The position numbers were made by a program, and so were the translations under genes. A model generated the notes under the pieces. That model was not told the DNA's origin, ran no database searches, and worked only from the letters and a program-made list of their open reading frames with translations. DNA of 62,169 nt, filler included, from Porpidia crustulata (Eukaryota), in NCBI GenBank assembly GCA_964255105.1. It is 10 parts of 10 records of this genome, joined end to end, with 100 filler letters (N's around TTAATTAATTAA, not from the genome) between each part and the next. Parts side by side here need not be neighbours in the genome. Positions count along the whole stretch, not along the records: positions 56,066 to 62,169 come from CAXUWE010001632.1; 9 more parts are not named here. One strand, given 5' to 3'. Each line of letters opens with the position of its first letter. Within the stretch, counting starts at the first letter, position 1. This document shows, in pieces, positions 60,927 to 62,169 of this stretch.

Positions 60927-62169
60927 GCAGCTTAGTATCATTGTGGTCCATTAGCCTAAAGCATCTATCTTGTATGAAAAGGTATAGCACAGCACTTTAG
61001 TATTGTTCGATGCCCAAATAAGTCACAAAATGTGCCAATGCGAATCGACCTGGTTCCCCCGTTGAAACAAACTCGCGGGTCCTCTGATTTGAGGTAGATA
61101 TTTACCATGCGGCTCGCGTTTAGGGCGGTCGTTTTCTCCATATTTACCCACATCGTTGTTATATCGGTCTATACCATGCTCCCCCTTTCTATTAGCTGAG
61201 CAAAGTAGATATAATCGACCCGTATAGTTCCGTGCTCTCTATCTGACATCTCGCTTACTGGAGACATCTTCTAACTTTCACTTATCTTGAGCTCTCACCG
61301 ATCACTTACAGGCTTCACCTGCACATGGATCATGTGGAATATGGCATGGATGCTCTGCTATTGTCTAATCTATATGTCTTTGAAGTGGCTGACTTTGAAT
61401 AAACCTCATTGTTCTCCAAAATCAGCTAGCTACTTCCACATTAAAGCGCTTATCATACATCCAAGTACGCATAGATGCTTTGAGCGAGGCAATTCGTCCC
61501 AAGTCTGCATTTCTTTGCTCTTGGGGAAGGTGAGGGACGCGAGTATTCCCGCCCACAATTACTTTGGAGCGACTTGGTCTAAGAATTCACGATGAGATGA
61601 CATATGATCTTGAAGTTGAAGCTTGCAGGTAATTTCAATTTCGAAGAAGACATGATGGATTCAATAGAGGGCCGTAATAATTCTTCCTTAACCCTATGTA
61701 ATTCTGCTTTGGACTAAAAGATGGAATACGACGAACATGAATATAGAAGAGGGTGATAGGTCTCCGTCATGAATTAGAAAAAAAGCCATCATGGTGAGAG
61801 GGACGCTTGTTGTAGAGGTCCCAATGGAGATTGTACATTTCTTAGTCCTCAAAATATCCTTCTTTGCCCTCATACTTGGTCTAGATATGGCATTTTGAAC
61901 TCAGTGTAGCTGAATGGACCAAACGGCTGAGGAGCATTGCGTCATGTCATCAATTATGACTATCAAGTTATGGATGGCCCAGCAATTACGGAAACAGATA
62001 CAAAAGATCTGGTCTTGTTGAGGAAGTAAAGGGACTGCTGAACGTCCTCCTGGTGTGGATAATTTTGAAGTTATCCTTTCAAATAAATTTCAAAATGGAA
62101 CAAAGCACTGTCTGGAGTAGGAGTATTCCCGGGCCCGTGCACGTTCCGGTCCCGTGCACACCCCAAACC

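Noticed and set aside
61000..62169. Short ORFs and a small CCCGTGCAC duplication at the window end
   Set aside because: No coding or transposon signature that can be supported

Overview
The window is eukaryotic DNA from a filamentous ascomycete (Pezizomycotina): short GT-AG introns with CTAAC/CTGAC branch sites and fungal housekeeping genes. It is not one locus. Ten contigs of decreasing length (6150, 6147, 6144, 6142, 6128, 6126, 6112, 6109, 6107, 6104 bp) are joined by artificial 100-nt linkers (N44-TTAATTAATTAA-N44), so gene adjacency across linkers is meaningless. Recognisable genes: GYP2/MDR1-like TBC GAP, mitochondrial-type HMG-box protein, PRP5, RAD10/ERCC1, tandem-GFA protein, TRF4/5, a cytochrome P450, NTF2-like protein, acyl-CoA oxidase, AFG1-like ATPase, FNR-type oxidoreductase, SDR, RAM2, Ser/Thr dehydratase, MND1, SQT1, a peroxisomal acyl-CoA ligase, a sterol-desaturase-like fragment, RPL6, RPN13 and RPL9. 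The best unexplained signals are five: a multi-stem structured RNA-like element after TRF4; a spliced small secreted 6-Cys protein gene starting with ATA; a 39-bp repeat encoding KR-terminated Cys peptides; a membrane-anchored coiled-coil protein with tandem TQT/SQT motifs; and a recently inactivated PD-(D/E)XK-like gene. None is demonstrated to be a new system. Product calls rest on motif recognition by eye, not on database searches.
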